A stretch of 64,000 nucleotides of DNA from Octopus sinensis (GCF_006345805.1 NC_043002.1:65410001-65474000); one strand, 5' to 3'; positions 1 to 13,900 are shown, counted from the first letter of the stretch. Notes: generated by a model not told the origin, from the letters alone. Numbers and translations: made by a program.

Positions 1-1682
1 CCGTTTGGTATTCGGTCCTTCCAGGAGATGCCAAGGATCTGTCGAAGACACCGCATGTGGAAGCCGCTGAGGCGGCATTCCTGCCAGGCGTATGTTGTCC
101 AGCTCTCGCTGCCGTAGAGTAGGGTGCTCAGCACGCAGGCTCGGTACACTGCGATCTTGGTGGTTATTGTGAGCATGTTGTTTTCCCACACTCTCCTGGA
201 GAGCTTAGCCATGGCAGCAGCAGCCTTCCCAATCCGTCTGTTCAGCTCCGGCTCGAGGGGCAGGCTGCTGGAGACCGTCGATCCCAGGTAAGTGAACTCG
301 TTCACCACCTGCAAGCTGTGGTCGCCGACACTGATGCTGGGCCCCCCCCCCCCGACGTCCTGGCTTATGATCTCTGTCTTTTTCAGGCTGATGGTAAGGC
401 CGAACTCTTGGCAGGCATCCGCCAGGGAGCTGACCAGCCTCTGGAGACCCGGTTGGTTGTGTGATGTTAGGGCGGCATCGTCAGCAAAGAGGATCTCTCT
501 GATCAGCACCTGACGGACTTTGGTCTTAGCTCTGAGGCGCGCAAGATTGAACAATCCACCATCAGCCCTGGTGTGGAGGAACACTCCGTCGTCGGACGTT
601 CTGAAGGCATAGGACAGGACAAGGGGAAGAAAATTCCGAAGAGCGTCGGCGCCAGAACGCAACCCTGTTTCACTCCACTCTGGATGGGGAATGACTCCGA
701 CGGCGATCCGTCAAACAGCACTGTTCCCTGCATACCGTTGTGAAAGGAGGTGATGAGTTTCAGCAGTCTGGGAGGGCAACCTATCCTACCCTGGCAAAAG
801 CCTTACCGACAGTGATATGCCCCTGTAATTATTGCAGTCGCTTCTGTCCCCTTTGTTTTTATACAGTGTGATGATGTTTGCGTCACGCATATCCTTAGGG
901 ACAGAGCCCTCTTCCCAGCACTGACAGAGCAGCTCGTGGAGATGGCCCAGAAGGGCTGGCTTCCCGCACTGGATGACTTCTGCGGGGATGCCGTCTTGCC
1001 CTGGTGCCTTGCCCCGAGCGAGTGAGTCAATTGCTTTGCTCAGTTCTTCCTTTGTTGGAGGCAGGTCAAGCTCCTCCATGACAGGCAGAGCAGGAATGCC
1101 GGCGAGGGAAGACCTGGTGACCACATTCTCAGTGGAGTAGAGGTTCTGGTAATGCTCGACCCACCTCTCCATCTGCTTCGCTTGGTCCTTGATGACCTCG
1201 CCATCTCTGGACTTCAGTGGAGCAACCTTTCTGACAGTGGGCCCGAATGCTTTCTTCATTCCCTCGTACACCCCTTTCACGTTACCACTGTCAGCACAGC
1301 ACTGGATGTTCTGGCATAAGTTCTGCCAGTAGATGTTGGCGCAACATCTGGCTGTCCTCTGAGCGTCGCTTCTGGCTGCTCTCAGAGTAGCCAGGTTCTT
1401 TTCTGACGGGTCGCGCTTATAGTTGACCAGTGCTTCCCTCTTGGCAGCAATGACAGGCTCCATCTCAGGCAGGTGAGCTTCAAACCAGTCTTGATTTCTC
1501 CGCTCCCTCTTTCCTAGGGATGACATGGCTATTCTGCAAGTGGTGTCGCGAATAATCTGCCATCTCTCCTCGATGGACGTGGCTGCGTGATCTTTAATGG
1601 CCTCCTCCATGCGGTTGGTGAATTCCGAGCGGAGGTCGGGGTTGGTTGTCCTGGCGGTGTTGATGCGTGGTCGGCTTTTCCC
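1..1682 (-). mobile_element. RTE-clade LINE fragment (post-endonuclease linker + reverse transcriptase); 5'-truncated, frameshifted, internally deleted; continues beyond window start
   Basis: Minus-strand peptides: ERWVEHYQNL, KAPGQDGIPAE, DANIITLYKNKGDRSDCNNYRGISL (ORF 786-1868), GVKQGCVLAPTLF (ORF 503-733), EILFADDAA (~470-497), FTYLGS. Visibly GC-richer than flanks; the 5' end abuts a short (TA)n. Confidence 0.92.
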
Positions 1683-1756
1683 TATATATATATATATACA
1701 GCGGCCTGCTTTTTCATTATTAATATTAAAACAAATGCAGGTATAATCGGTTCTCC

Positions 1757-1915
1757 TCCTTTCTACTATGGGCGCAAGGCCTGATTTTTGACTGGTACTT
1801 AATTTATTGACCTCTAAATGATGAACGGCAAAGTCGATCTCGGTGGAATTTGAACTTAGAACGTACAAACGGACAAAATTTCAAGCGTCCTAAAGATTCT
1901 ACCAGTGCGCCACCT
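1757..1915 (-). mobile_element. Decayed tRNA-derived SINE fragment (family A, Meta-domain-like core)
   Basis: Matches the recurrent window repeat actggtacttaatttat..gatgaa.ggcaaagtcga..ctcggtggaatttgaact. Confidence 0.7.
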
Positions 1916-1948
1916 AGAGTGCAGGTATAATAATCATTTTTATTATTA

Positions 1949-3214
1949 TGAGGGTCGGCTGAAAAGTTCCTAGGTTGAGCAAGACACCCCCATGGAATGT
2001 GACGAAATGAAATTCATTTTTTCAGATATTTTCTCTTTCTGTCCACTCACTTCCATCAGTGTTGCAGTGATTGAGCCACATTGGTGAAGAAGCTATTCTG
2101 TTGGTCAAAAGAATTCATCAATAGCAGATAAGACGTCATTATCATAGTGATACTGGTGTCCAGCCGCGTGTTTTTTGATGTTGAGAAACAGCTGATAGTC
2201 AGATGGAACAAGATTGTCAGATGGGACAAGATAGTCAGATGGAACCAAAATTGGGAGGGTGATCAATCAATGCAAAGCCAGTCATGCACAGCTACCATTG
2301 ACGCTAAGGACTTCTGTGCTGAAGCATTGTCCTAATGAAACAAGACCTTCTTCGTCAGTTTTTCAGGGCGTTTGTTCTTGATAGCCTTTTGTAACTGCCT
2401 TAGCAAGTTGGCATAGAACCTTCCATTGATCGTGTGATCATTTTGAAAATATTCAATGAACACAATGCCTTTTGCATTCCAAAAACTGAGACCATCACCA
2501 TCACTCTGCCTTCATCGGAGCGTATTAAGAAGAGTGTTTCCATTGCTTGGATTGCCTCTCTCTTTCTGGTCAAATTGAGGAAGATAATAAACACATTAGG
2601 TTAGGAAACGTTCAAGGAAACTAGCTGTGCTTGCCGCAAACAATGTCAGATATCCCCGCTATGTGATCAACCAGATGCGCATTTGATCAATTGTCAGTTG
2701 ATGTGACAACCATCAAGCATGAACCTTCGTCATGTCAAGTTCATTGTGCAGAATATTCTCAACTCTATTACAGGATATGCTAATAAAATTGGCTACTTGA
2801 TTTATAGCAGCCGCCTGTTATCTATCAACATGTGGTGAACACGATCAATATTTTCCTCAGTGGTAGCAGCTGGGGGACGTCTAGACCTTGGATCATCTTC
2901 AAGAGTCTCTAAATTCAGCTGCCCACTTTTGCAATCTTGATAAAACTGGAGTGTTATCCGGTAATATAGCAACCATGTCATCATGGGGACTAAAATCTTT
3001 TTCTGAATATACGTGATAACACTGCGATGCTAAATTTAATCTATTTTCGAGAGACATTGCTACTAGTTACATTTGAAGTCTTCTATGAATAGTTCAGACG
3101 TCAGTTTACCTGACAGGAAACAATGCAGTTATCAATATGCAAAATTGAAATGAATGCCTGCTAGATTTCTAGTATCACTCCTTCATGGCCTATGAACTTT
3201 TCAACCCAACCTCG
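1949..3214 (-). mobile_element. mariner DNA transposon, full-length but decayed (~1.27 kb)
   Basis: TA|TGAGGGTCGGCTGAAAAGTTCCTAGG ... CCTATGAACTTTTCAACCCAACCTCG|TA imperfect TIRs with TA TSD. Minus-strand HTH-region peptide LEDDPRSRRPPAATTEENIDRVHHML. Confidence 0.85.
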
Positions 3215-4992
3215 TACCTATTGGTTAAGCTGATTCATTTTTTAAATTGTTTAAGTTTAGCAGAGGCAGTTCTAGACGGAATTGTCAAAATAAGGTTGCA
3301 AACATTTGAAAATTCTGGCATAGCTTCAATAAGATCATTGGTGTAAATGCAAAGCATTAAATTATTCACATTTTACTTCTTAATTTCTTGCTTAGAATAC
3401 GAAACATTTAGTTCACTCTGTAATTGTATTATGTCACATTCTGTCATATTCCAGAAACATTGGGCTATGATTTCAAAGATAAAACTGTGAACCATAGCAT
3501 CGAATTATAAACTCAAAATATAGGATTCATACTGAACAAATTGAGAGTGCCTAGCTATCTTTAAAGCGCGGAAACAAACTCCGGTGTCTAGCATACCGTT
3601 TAATGGTTGACTCTTATAGTTTTGAATTTATGTGGAGAATGAGATATGGGAAAGATAATATATTTTATAAACTCGTAGTGTATTGTAAACTTTTGTTCTT
3701 GAATTTTTATAAGTAATAAGTGTTTGTTTTAAGTAATGTTTTTAGTGTTATTTCTAGCAACTCCTGTTGGTTTGCTCGTAACTTTTAAATGTTTAATTTG
3801 CTCGGGAATGTTTTAATGTTTTGACTGTTATTTGCTTTAATGTTCTTCACTGTTTACTCTAACCAGTTTAATGTTTTGATATGCTGGTTCTCCTCAACCT
3901 GCTTTCTCGCAACTGTGACATGATGGAAGAGGTAGCGAATGAGCTGATTACTGATTGGCTGAAAATTTTGACAATTATCAAACTCTGACCACGAGTAACA
4001 TTTTCGCAAATTTTTTCTGGAATAAATGAATAACAAATTCGGATTCAGCGTAAAAGCTTTCATCTATATGATACATTGAAAACTCTTCTTAAATATTTCG
4101 TCTTGCAGTGTCGATAATCACAAAGATCCTTTATCTGTTTATCTAACCTCTTATTATGCTGTTGTATACCCTGTTATATATATATATATATATACGCATG
4201 TAATTGTAAGTCTATGCAAATATTCCCAAATGTTCAAGATCTATCAAAGATTTTGTCTTTGAGAACGTTCATGTTTTAGCATGGCCATGTGTAGATTATC
4301 TAAATCATCATAACCGTTATCACTCCAAACAGTTTTTCTAAGCTAACTATCAAGCATGGCCAATAAGAATAACTTATTTGGCTTAGCACTTCCAGTTAAC
4401 CATTTTTCCTTGTCATATAGTTTAGTCTGAAATTGTCGAATATATTTCTTGTTGGAACTTCGCACATTCGGTAATTTCAACGTTGGTCTGCCATCACTTA
4501 TAATTAATTGTTTCCTTCCAATTTTTTTTTCTTTTTTCTTTGAAAAAAACTATTTTTCAAAAGTTCTTCTAAAGCGTACATTTCAGTCATTTAGGCTAAT
4601 ATTTCGAAAATATAAAAGATTTTATAAAAGAATTATGCGCCGTGTGTATGTGTGTGTGTGTGTGTGTTTGTTTGTGTGTGAGTGAACTGAAAGCCAATCT
4701 GAATAAAACGGAAAATAATCTTAAATAAATGTTTGTTCTGACTCAATCATCATTGTTATTATACTTGCCTAATAATTTGTGATAGGGAAACTGTTGCGCA
4801 ATCACAAAAATGGGCGCCATTTGTCAGCGTCTGGGCAGATCCGGTATATTTTAACAGAATATGCGCAGATAGATGTTGCCAACGGTCAGTCGGAAAACAA
4901 AATGGTTTGAACGAATATACATTTATCTATTGACAGAAGTATAATTTGCCTAATAATGTGGAACGCAGTGTATATATACATATATATCTAAT

Positions 4993-5426
4993 GAAAGAAA
5001 GTTGAGAATTATGGATATATGATCAATTTATATGTATGATATTATGAGATTGAAAGTTATTTTATAAAAACACAATATAAATATATTATAAATCATAAAG
5101 CTCAAAAAGGTACTTCGCCAGATTCCTTTCAAGAAATATGTTAACCTTTGATGTAGCTTTAAATCTTATAAAGCCCTGACGAAATTTTGCCCTACATAGT
5201 TAAAAATGGTGACGGATTCTTAATATTTGACGCCACCCAAATGCTTAGAATTACAAATTACATAGGGGTATAAATCAAAACATATATGTAGGATTTTGGT
5301 ATCTGTCATTTCTTTTTTCTTTAGCTTTATAATTTGTAATTTATTTGTATTTTATAAAACAAACCTTCAGCCTCATAATATCATACAAATAAATTCATTA
5401 TAATCCATAATTCTCCATTTTATTTC
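4993..5426. repeat. Diverged ~115-bp inverted repeat pair with ~200-bp spacer (non-autonomous element)
   Basis: 4993-5108 gagaattatggatatatgatcaatttatatgtatgatattatgag... is the reverse complement of 5317-5426 ...ctcataatatcatacaaataaattcattataatccataattctc. Confidence 0.7.
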
Positions 5427-5772
5427 TTATATTATTAACAATATGTATTACAGTAATAATCATTAACATATCGCCGAGACATTCTCCTTATATGATAATG
5501 ATTAACCAGTGAAAAGTTTGAATTATTTAATCCCTAATGAGGACCTGACATCCTCTAATTGACTATATATGTATATAATAGTGAAAGACTCAGTATTAAT
5601 ACTAACAGGTAATATTTATCTCCATTTTAAAGTGAATGTTGTGTTAGAACATAGAATACTGTATTTGATACCATGAGAGAACCTCCCATATGGGCTTTCG
5701 GTGTATATTAGCACTCTTGTTTAAATCGCTAACGACGAGATAAATTACTCGCTATCGCTACCACCTAGAGAA

Positions 5773-5819
5773 CCAGGACACGTGATTTCGGCCATGGCCT
5801 TCTCTGGCCTTGTCAATGG
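5773..5819 (-). ncRNA. Degenerate minimal hammerhead-ribozyme-like motif
   Basis: Minus strand: cca UUGACAA ggcca[gagaaggcca]uggcc GAAA u-cacgug UC cugg. Stem II is a perfect 5 bp and stem III is palindromic; the core has two transitions relative to CUGACGA. Confidence 0.45.
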
Positions 5820-5983
5820 TGGGACACTCGATTGCTGGGCATAGCAGCGATATCTCCGCTAAAGAGATACACAGAATTTCAATGTCTGTCAGGCACAAGT
5901 GTCACAAATATAAAAATTAATAACTGGCGCTAGAAACAATATTAATATAAAAAGTTCTTTCTCTCCCTAATGATTCTTTACTC

Positions 5984-6128
5984 TCTGCGTTCAAACTCCG
6001 CCGAAATCGACGTTGCTTTTCACCCTTTTGGGGCTTGATAAATTAAGTGTCAGTTGAGTACCATATGAATGTAATCGACTTGACCCTTTCCCGAAAATTG
6101 CTGGCCTTTTGCCAAAATTTGAAACCAA
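5984..6128 (+). mobile_element. Decayed family A SINE fragment
   Basis: B-box-like gcgttcaaactcc followed by the core tcgac..gcttttcacccttttggggc..gataaattaagt. Confidence 0.65.
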
Positions 6129-6539
6129 TATCTTAAGCAGACGACGGAGGGAAAGTATACTCTGCACCAGAAACCGGCTAAATTTGTAGGTGGTTTAACA
6201 GTTTACTATTTTATTAATTCGCACTAATTCGCAAATACGTCTTGCACCTTTGATGTATGACAGTGATTACAAAATATGTTAATTATAATATCTCACCAGT
6301 GTACTACAAGTGAAACGATGTAAACATATAATTGTAGTGACTTTAAATATTGCCCTTCAATCCATATAATCTTTCTATTTTATGTATATGTGAATGAACA
6401 CGACATTTCTCACGCAGCACAGTTCTTAAGAACCTGGGAATTCACAAAACCAAACTAAACAGGATTATTTTATGACATTGAATCTACATCCCATTAAACG
6501 TGCTGCGTGATGCATTCCAGAAATATGGGATGTGCTAGG

Positions 6540-6540
6540 T

Positions 6541-6572
<32 letters not shown>

Positions 6573-6619
6573 CTGTAGACATGCAAACTTATACATATAT
6601 GCATATTCAAAAGGCAAAG

Positions 6620-6692
<73 letters not shown>

Positions 6693-7083
6693 GTATGTAT
6701 GCATATGTGTGCAAACCCAAAAATACTACATGTACATCCATATAAACATAGGTGCGTACATCCATCCATACTGAATTGCTTAAAACATACATATAAGTAT
6801 ATATACATGCAAACATGGACACATACATTATATATATATATATGTGTGTGTGTTATATAGAGGGACAGACAAAGAGAGACAAGATACATGCACACGCATA
6901 CATACATACATACATACATACATGCATACATACATACATACATACATACATTCATACATACATACACGGAACATCATATGAAAAGTTCAATAAAAAAAAT
7001 CATCCTCCTGGGCGAATTCTTTCTTGGTGAGAAACTTGAATAAAGCCAGAAGTATATGCATACAGACATGTACATACATACAG

Positions 7084-7135
<52 letters not shown>

Positions 7136-7167
7136 TTACATATTTACACAGACAGAGATATATATTG

Positions 7168-7211
<44 letters not shown>

Positions 7212-7230
7212 ATATATATATATATATATC

Positions 7231-7299
<69 letters not shown>

Positions 7300-7888
7300 T
7301 ATATATACAGAGAGAGAGAGAAAGGGCGAGAAAAAGAAAGGGAGAGAGAGAAATATTTATACATTAACACAAGGAAACTTCTACAAATATCTATTCAACA
7401 TCTAGCATTTATCAAAGGCGGATATACATAACGATCGCTCAGAGATGACACGACTATATCAGACAGTCAGGCGGGGTTCTATAAGATGTTTTAATAGCAA
7501 GTTCCCGGGGTTACTTATTTTTTTCTTTTCCTTTCGAATAATAGTGAATCGGAAAAAAAAAGAACATTTTGGCCAATAACTTCTCGGTCTCCCGAGCAAA
7601 AAGGAAATGAAAACTAGACTAAAGTTTCTCTTTTCGAAGACGAAAGAGAAGTCGAAGATGGGAAATTGATCTTTTTCTCTCTTTTCCGTTGTCTTCCTTT
7701 TCTTTTCTTTTTTTTCCTTCTTTCTTCTTCAGCCATTAAAAAATGGAGTTATATAGCAGGACGTTGTGTTTATATATTTGCAATACAAAAGTCATATAAT
7801 TTGTTTTTGAATTTTTAAGTTATGTAATCAATATGTTATAGGCAGTCGGTTAAAGTGTCATTCCTAGGAAATGGACGTATGTATAGGT

Positions 7889-7932
<44 letters not shown>

Positions 7933-8003
7933 TGTACGTATATAATGTGTATATATATATGTATATATATATATATATCATGTACGTATATCATGTGTAT
8001 ATA

Positions 8004-8075
<72 letters not shown>

Positions 8076-8200
8076 CACACGTATACATACAACATAGTCT
8101 ATTTAGAATATATATATATATTCATATATGTATGTATATCTATAGTTATATATATATATATACATATGTGTGTGTGTATGTATGCGTTCGTTTACGCTTG
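6540..8200. repeat. Compound (TA)n/(CATA)n/(CA)n/(GA)n microsatellite cluster
   Basis: Long pure and interrupted dinucleotide/tetranucleotide runs at 6540-6970, 7087-7320 and 7885-8200. Confidence 0.95.
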
Positions 8201-9711
8201 TATGTGTGTGCTTGTGATTGGGTGCATGATCATGAAAGGAAATACGGAAATGCATATATGCAATGTATCGGCAGAATATTTGAATAATGGAATACAGCTT
8301 TATCAAAGTCGCTCATAACATATCAATGCATTCTTTATAGTTCTAAACTATATAGATATATATTCACTTATTTCTTTTTATTGAGTATTTTCCTTTATGC
8401 TGTCGTATTTGTTGTTTCTTCCTACCTTCAAAATGTTGATTTCCATTCCAGAGCCCCATTGAAGCAAATTACATTATTTCACTCGCTTTATTATATATAG
8501 TATAAGGTGAAGGTTGGCATCCCCTGATATCACATCAAAAAGCGCGCACCCCTTTTTTCGCATTTCTGACAACAAACGACAACCACTTCGTAAGAAACGC
8601 GAACAAAACATTAAATTCTGCATTCAACACAAGCACAATGACGTCCCCTGTTTATATCCTTCATCATCAAAGCAAGCAGCCCCCGGTTATCAAAGCTGGC
8701 GATATACCAGTTGTCGTAAACGCAAAGCAAGCTGCCTACCACTTATTCATAAAGCAAATTCAACACTCCATCGTATTCAGACAACGTGCTCTTTGCGCAA
8801 GTAACGACCATTGACCGTAAATTGTTACCTTTGTTTTTCGTAAGATTCCGTTCTTTCAACATGCACCAGTTGTTTTCCCCCAAATCAAGAATACTTGAAA
8901 TAATGGGATTAATAGTAGAAGAAGCGCTTTAAAACTGAGGCAAAGATCTAAACGAAAAGGATGTCAAGAAGTTGATACCACCTGGAAGAAGTACATCAGT
9001 TCAGGCCGAAATTAACTGCAGATTTAATGAAGGAACACGATTTACTTATCATGTGCCGCAAGTAAAACAATAAAGCCAGAAATGGCATCCAGAGGATTTG
9101 TTTCTAGTTTACATGCATATTCTACAGCGATACTCTGCCACATAAACAGAAAAAAAGTTAAAAGCTGCGATACACTGGTTTGAGATTTAGATTAACATGT
9201 AATGCATTTGTTATACGATTAATCAAACATGACATGAGTTATTATCATCCAATTTTGCAGACAGCGAATACATGGTATTATTAAACCTAATCACATCTTT
9301 AGCAAAATAAAATACCCTAAGGTCTTGTCTTTTTCCATTCCGTCTTTATTTGCAACTGAAACTTTGAATGACATGTTACAAATCCTACAGTAGAATAATA
9401 AACCGTTTTTTTTGTATTTTATACGACTTCACATTGCGCTCTGAAAACGATAGACAACTACAAACATTCCAGCAGATATCACGTGAATTTTGCAGACAAA
9501 TTTATGAGATTTGAATTAGAAATGTCACCAATCCAATCTTTGAAAAGTGGAAAATTAAGAATATTAGAATGACGCTGATAACGAAAATGAAATAGGAAAA
9601 TTTCACAAAATACATAGAAATAATTAGAAACTAATGAACTGCACACAGTTGCAACACAAATAGGTACTTAGAATGAGATTATAGCAATACTGCCAACGGA
9701 CCCAAATACAA

Positions 9712-9828
<117 letters not shown>

Positions 9829-10480
9829 AAGAGCACTCAGAGAGCGCAAACCTCCGCCAAGGCAACACCAAAGTCCTCTCAACGATCAGCAAGAGATGAT
9901 TTTTTAAATGAGAATATCTGAAATAAACTCGACTACCGAGAATACTATAAATGAACCTTACCGCTCTCAAAAATTAAGTAAAAAAAAAAAACGGAAAAAT
10001 AATCCATAATCCTTGTCGGTTATTTGATCGATACCAACGGTAGTCGTGGAATATGAAGGTGGCTGTAGAAAATTTAGTAACAGTAATAAATAGTTTATCG
10101 TTATCTAAAAAAGCTAAACTCAACAAATTCACAATTCAAAATAGTTTCAATGGCGGAAATAATAATGATAAGTTCTACTCAGGAATTTTTAAGCGTATAG
10201 CATGAGACCTTTTGGTTTTCTCTTCTCTTAAATTCCGGTCTTCCTTTAGTTTTCCTGCTGTCTTAGATCGATATATATAGATGTATGTATATATGTAAGT
10301 ATACTGTAAAGTGTTAATGTGTATAATGGACCCCAGAATCTAATCAGTTCGTACCAGTCACGAGGTCAAATATCGCTGAAAGTTTCATTCGAATCCCTCG
10401 AGCGGTTCTTGAGATATCTTGTCCAAGGAGAAACAAAATAAAAACACTTGTAAACATTACCTCCGCCTTTGCTGAGGACT
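9829..10480 (+). mobile_element. Non-autonomous Helentron-type (HINE/DINE-1-like) element
   Basis: Starts aagagcactcagagagcgcaaACCTCCGCCaaggc and ends aaacattACCTCCGCCtttgctgagg (same subterminal motif, decayed terminal hairpin). Internal aaagtttcat..aatcc..gcggttcttgagatatcttg block is typical of such elements. Confidence 0.55.
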
Positions 10481-10527
10481 TATTACCGGCGTTATAACGA
10501 TTCTACCAGCTTGCCGCCTTGATAATA

Positions 10528-10584
<57 letters not shown>

Positions 10585-10585
<1 letters not shown>

Positions 10586-10983
10586 CCTTTGTACTGGAAG
10601 CACAAGACCTCAGATTTGGGGGAAGGGATTAAGTCGATTATATCGACCGCTGTGCGTAACTGGTACTTGTTTAATCGACCCCGAAAGGATGAAAGACAAT
10701 GTCGACCTCGGCGGAATTTGAACTCATAACGTAGGGCAGAGGAAATACCTATTTTTTATTACCCACAAAGAGCTAAACACAGAGAGGACAAACAAGGACA
10801 GACAAACGGATTAAGTCGAATATATCGTCCCCAGTGCGTAACTGGTACTTACTAAATCGTCCCCGAAAGGATGAAAGGAAAAGTCGACCTCATCGGAATT
10901 TGAACTGAGAACGTAGATGGCAAACGAAATACGGCTACGCATTTCGCCCGGTGTTCTAACGATTCTGCCAGCTCGCCGCCCTT
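10585..10983 (-). mobile_element. Family A tRNA-derived SINE (Meta-domain-like), dimeric
   Basis: Minus strand begins aaggcggcgagcTGGCAGAATCGTTAG (A box) ... AGTTCAAATTCC (B box), then core gtcgact.tcctttcatcctttcgggg.cgat..aagtaccag; a second B-box+core unit follows. Confidence 0.85.
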
Positions 10984-10984
10984 A

Positions 10985-11214
10985 CAATAATAATAATAAT
11001 AATAATAATAATAGTAATAATAGTAATAATAATAATAGTAATAATAATAATAGTAATAATAATAATAGTAATAATAATAATAGTAATAATAATAATAGTA
11101 ATAATAGTAATAATAATAATAATAATAATAATAGTAATAATAGTAATAATAATAATAATAGTAATAATAATAATAGTAATAATAATAATAGTAATAATAA
11201 TAATAATAATAATA
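10985..11214. repeat. (AAT)n array with periodic AGT interruptions
   Basis: Direct reading. Confidence 0.95.
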
Positions 11215-11780
11215 AGTCCTGGCTAAGAAGGAATATATTCACAGACATGACAGAGTTGGAACCTACATACATTGGAAGCTATGCCAACATTATGGAATAA
11301 CAACAGAAAAAAGAAGGTATAGGCACACACCAGAGAAGGTCACAGAAAACGAGAAAGCAACCATACTCTGGGATATGCCGATACACACAGATAGAGAAAT
11401 TAAGGCCAACAGACCAGATATAGTTGTCAGAGGTCATGAAGAAGAAAATATGCTTTCTAATTGATGTATCAATACCGGCAGATGACAACGTGTCTCTAAA
11501 AGAAATGGAGAAACTTTCAAAATACAAAGACCTGGAAATAGAGGTAACTAGAATGTGGAACCTGAAAACAGAAACAATTCCTATCATAGTAGGTGCATTA
11601 GGCATGATAAAAAAATATTCAGACAACTACATAACAAAAACACCAGGACTTACAAACACATATAACATACAGAAAATTGCACTACTAGGCACTAGCATCA
11701 CAACAAATCACAGCACATACCCAAGGCACACAGAGCTGCGCTCGGTAGTGAAGTGAAAGCACGCTATAAAAATAAAACTA

Positions 11781-11783
<3 letters not shown>
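11215..11783 (+). mobile_element. 5'-truncated R4/Dong-type non-LTR retrotransposon 3' end (REL endonuclease + 3'UTR); same family as 15137-16926
   Basis: RHDRVG, LWDMPIHTDREIKANRPDIV, LIDVSIPADDNVSLKEMEKLSKYKDL; flanked on both sides by (AAT)n; near-identical to 16319-16926. Confidence 0.9.
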
Positions 11784-11854
<71 letters not shown>

Positions 11855-11865
11855 TAATAATAATA

Positions 11866-12808
11866 GAGAGCGAATAATGCAGATATCGACAAAGCCCTGA
11901 CCCATCAATGGCTAATGGCCTCTGGCTTAAAATCTGAAACAGAGGGGTTTATCATAGCAGCTCAAGATCAATGCCTACCAACAAGAAACTACCAGGCCAA
12001 CATATTAAAAATCAGAAGCAGTCCAACGTGTCGTGTATGCAAGCAACAAAATGAAACCATTGACCATGTGGTCTCCAAGTGCAGTCTTCTAGCGCCTACA
12101 GAGTATCTCAACAGGCACGATAGAGCTGCACAATATATTCACTGGGTAATCTGTAAAAACCTGGATTTGCTCCATGAAAAAAACTGGTGGGAACACAAAC
12201 CACCCCCAGTGCTTGAAAATGACCACATCTCACTCCTCTGGAACTTCACCATTCAAACTGACAGGAAGATAGATGCAAATAGGCCAGACATCATATTGAA
12301 AGACTTCAAACAAAGAACATGCCTCCTCATTGATATGACTGTCCCAATCGATATAAACGTATCTGTCAAGACCTACCAAAAACTGAGCAAATATAAAGAT
12401 CTTGAAATAGAAATCAGCAAAATGTGGAAGCTGAAGACTAAAACAATACCTGTTGTCATAGGTGCCCTGGGAATGATAGCAAAAGGGGCTGATAGCTACC
12501 TAACTCAGATACCAAGAAACCCAAAAATGGCAGAAGTTCCAAAGATAGTGCTCATGGGAACTGCTCATATCCTACGCAAAATACTCTCTATGTAATCTCA
12601 AGGTTTAAAACAAACATAATTTTCGGTTTAAAAAAAAAAAAAAAAAACCTTTTTTTTTTAGACATTCATTAGTACAACATCCCCACCCCCCAAATATATG
12701 GCACACTAGGCATAACAACAACATGAACTTCCAACCCTGTTGTCTCTTGAGGTCTCTGGGTGAGACTTGGAGCCAACTTGTACAAATATAAAGCAAAAGT
12801 CAAACATA

Positions 12809-12810
<2 letters not shown>
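11866..12810 (+). mobile_element. 5'-truncated R4/Dong-type retrotransposon (CCHC knuckle + REL endonuclease, open 11915-12595, plus 3'UTR)
   Basis: LKSETEGFIIAAQDQ, CRVC..ETIDHVVSKC, RHD, NRPDIIL, LIDMTVP, KLSKYKDL, PVVIGALG; (AAT)n on both sides. Confidence 0.92.
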
Positions 12811-12868
<58 letters not shown>

Positions 12869-13624
12869 CAACAACAACAACAATAAGCCAGGCAACGGTT
12901 GCAGAAATAGAAATACAGTTACAACCAAGTTTCCAACTGAAATATTTTCATAAAATTAACTTTATAAACTGGATAGTCTCCGATATGCTGTCAATAACTT
13001 TTCCTGATTATTCGAATCTGCTAACATCTGCCCTCTTTTATCACAACAACACTCTTAATCACCTCCGCTTATCTAACATAAACGCTGTTTTACGAACATT
13101 CAAAATCTGTGACTCTCCGTGGGTATAAAATTTCTCCCGGCTATTCGAACACGCAAACATCTCTTTCATAACCAAGAAATCTTTGAAGCACCCCAGGCTG
13201 TATTTGTATCGCTGCATTATTTAAAATTCAAAATTCACAACTCAGATCACCCTCTAGAACTTATAAAAATTCAGAAGATAAACAGTTGAATTATTTACAG
13301 GCTAAGCAACTGCAAAGTTTGTGAAGCGCAATCGAATACTGCTAAACACGAACACATCGCAAAACCACTGTAAAAAAAAAACAGCGGTGTATTTGTTGTT
13401 TTTTCGGTAACTGAAATAAAAGTCAGTTCTCAAAATCTATCAACACTTCCTTAATGAAAAGTAATAGAAATTCCTGCTGTCTTTGTCACACGTTCTGATC
13501 CTGTGATGACATCACTCGCTGACTTGATCCATTGATTATAGTTCTATAAATGGGAAAACAACAAAACAAACAGCATGTTTTAAATGTTGATACTTGCCCA
13601 ATTTTTTTTCTTTTGACTTCTCTT

Positions 13625-13900
13625 TCTCTTTTTACTCTTTTAATTGTTTCAGTCGTTTGATTGTGACCATACTGGAGCACCGCCTTTAGTCGAGCAAATC
13701 GACCCCCGGACTTATTCTTTAGAAGCCTAGTACTCTATGCTATCGGCCTCTTTTGCCGAACCGCTAAGTTACGGGGACGTAAACACACCAGCATCGGTTG
13801 TAAAGCGATGTTGGGGTGACAAACACAGATACACACACACACACACACACACACACGTATATATATATATATATATATATATATACGACAGGCTTCTTTC
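13625..13900 (-). mobile_element. Family B SINE, 3' half
   Basis: tttcagtc.tttgactg.g.ccat.ctggagcaccgcctttagtcgagcaaatcgacccc..tttgccgaaccgctaagttacgggg, shared with full copies at 38640 and 54221. Confidence 0.8.

Noticed and set aside
2195-2248. 18-bp triple repeat (gatagtcagatggaacaa)
   Set aside because: Local slippage inside the decayed mariner; not a separate feature
8500-9130. Possible DNA-transposon 5' region
   Set aside because: No TIR pair or catalytic motif could be confirmed
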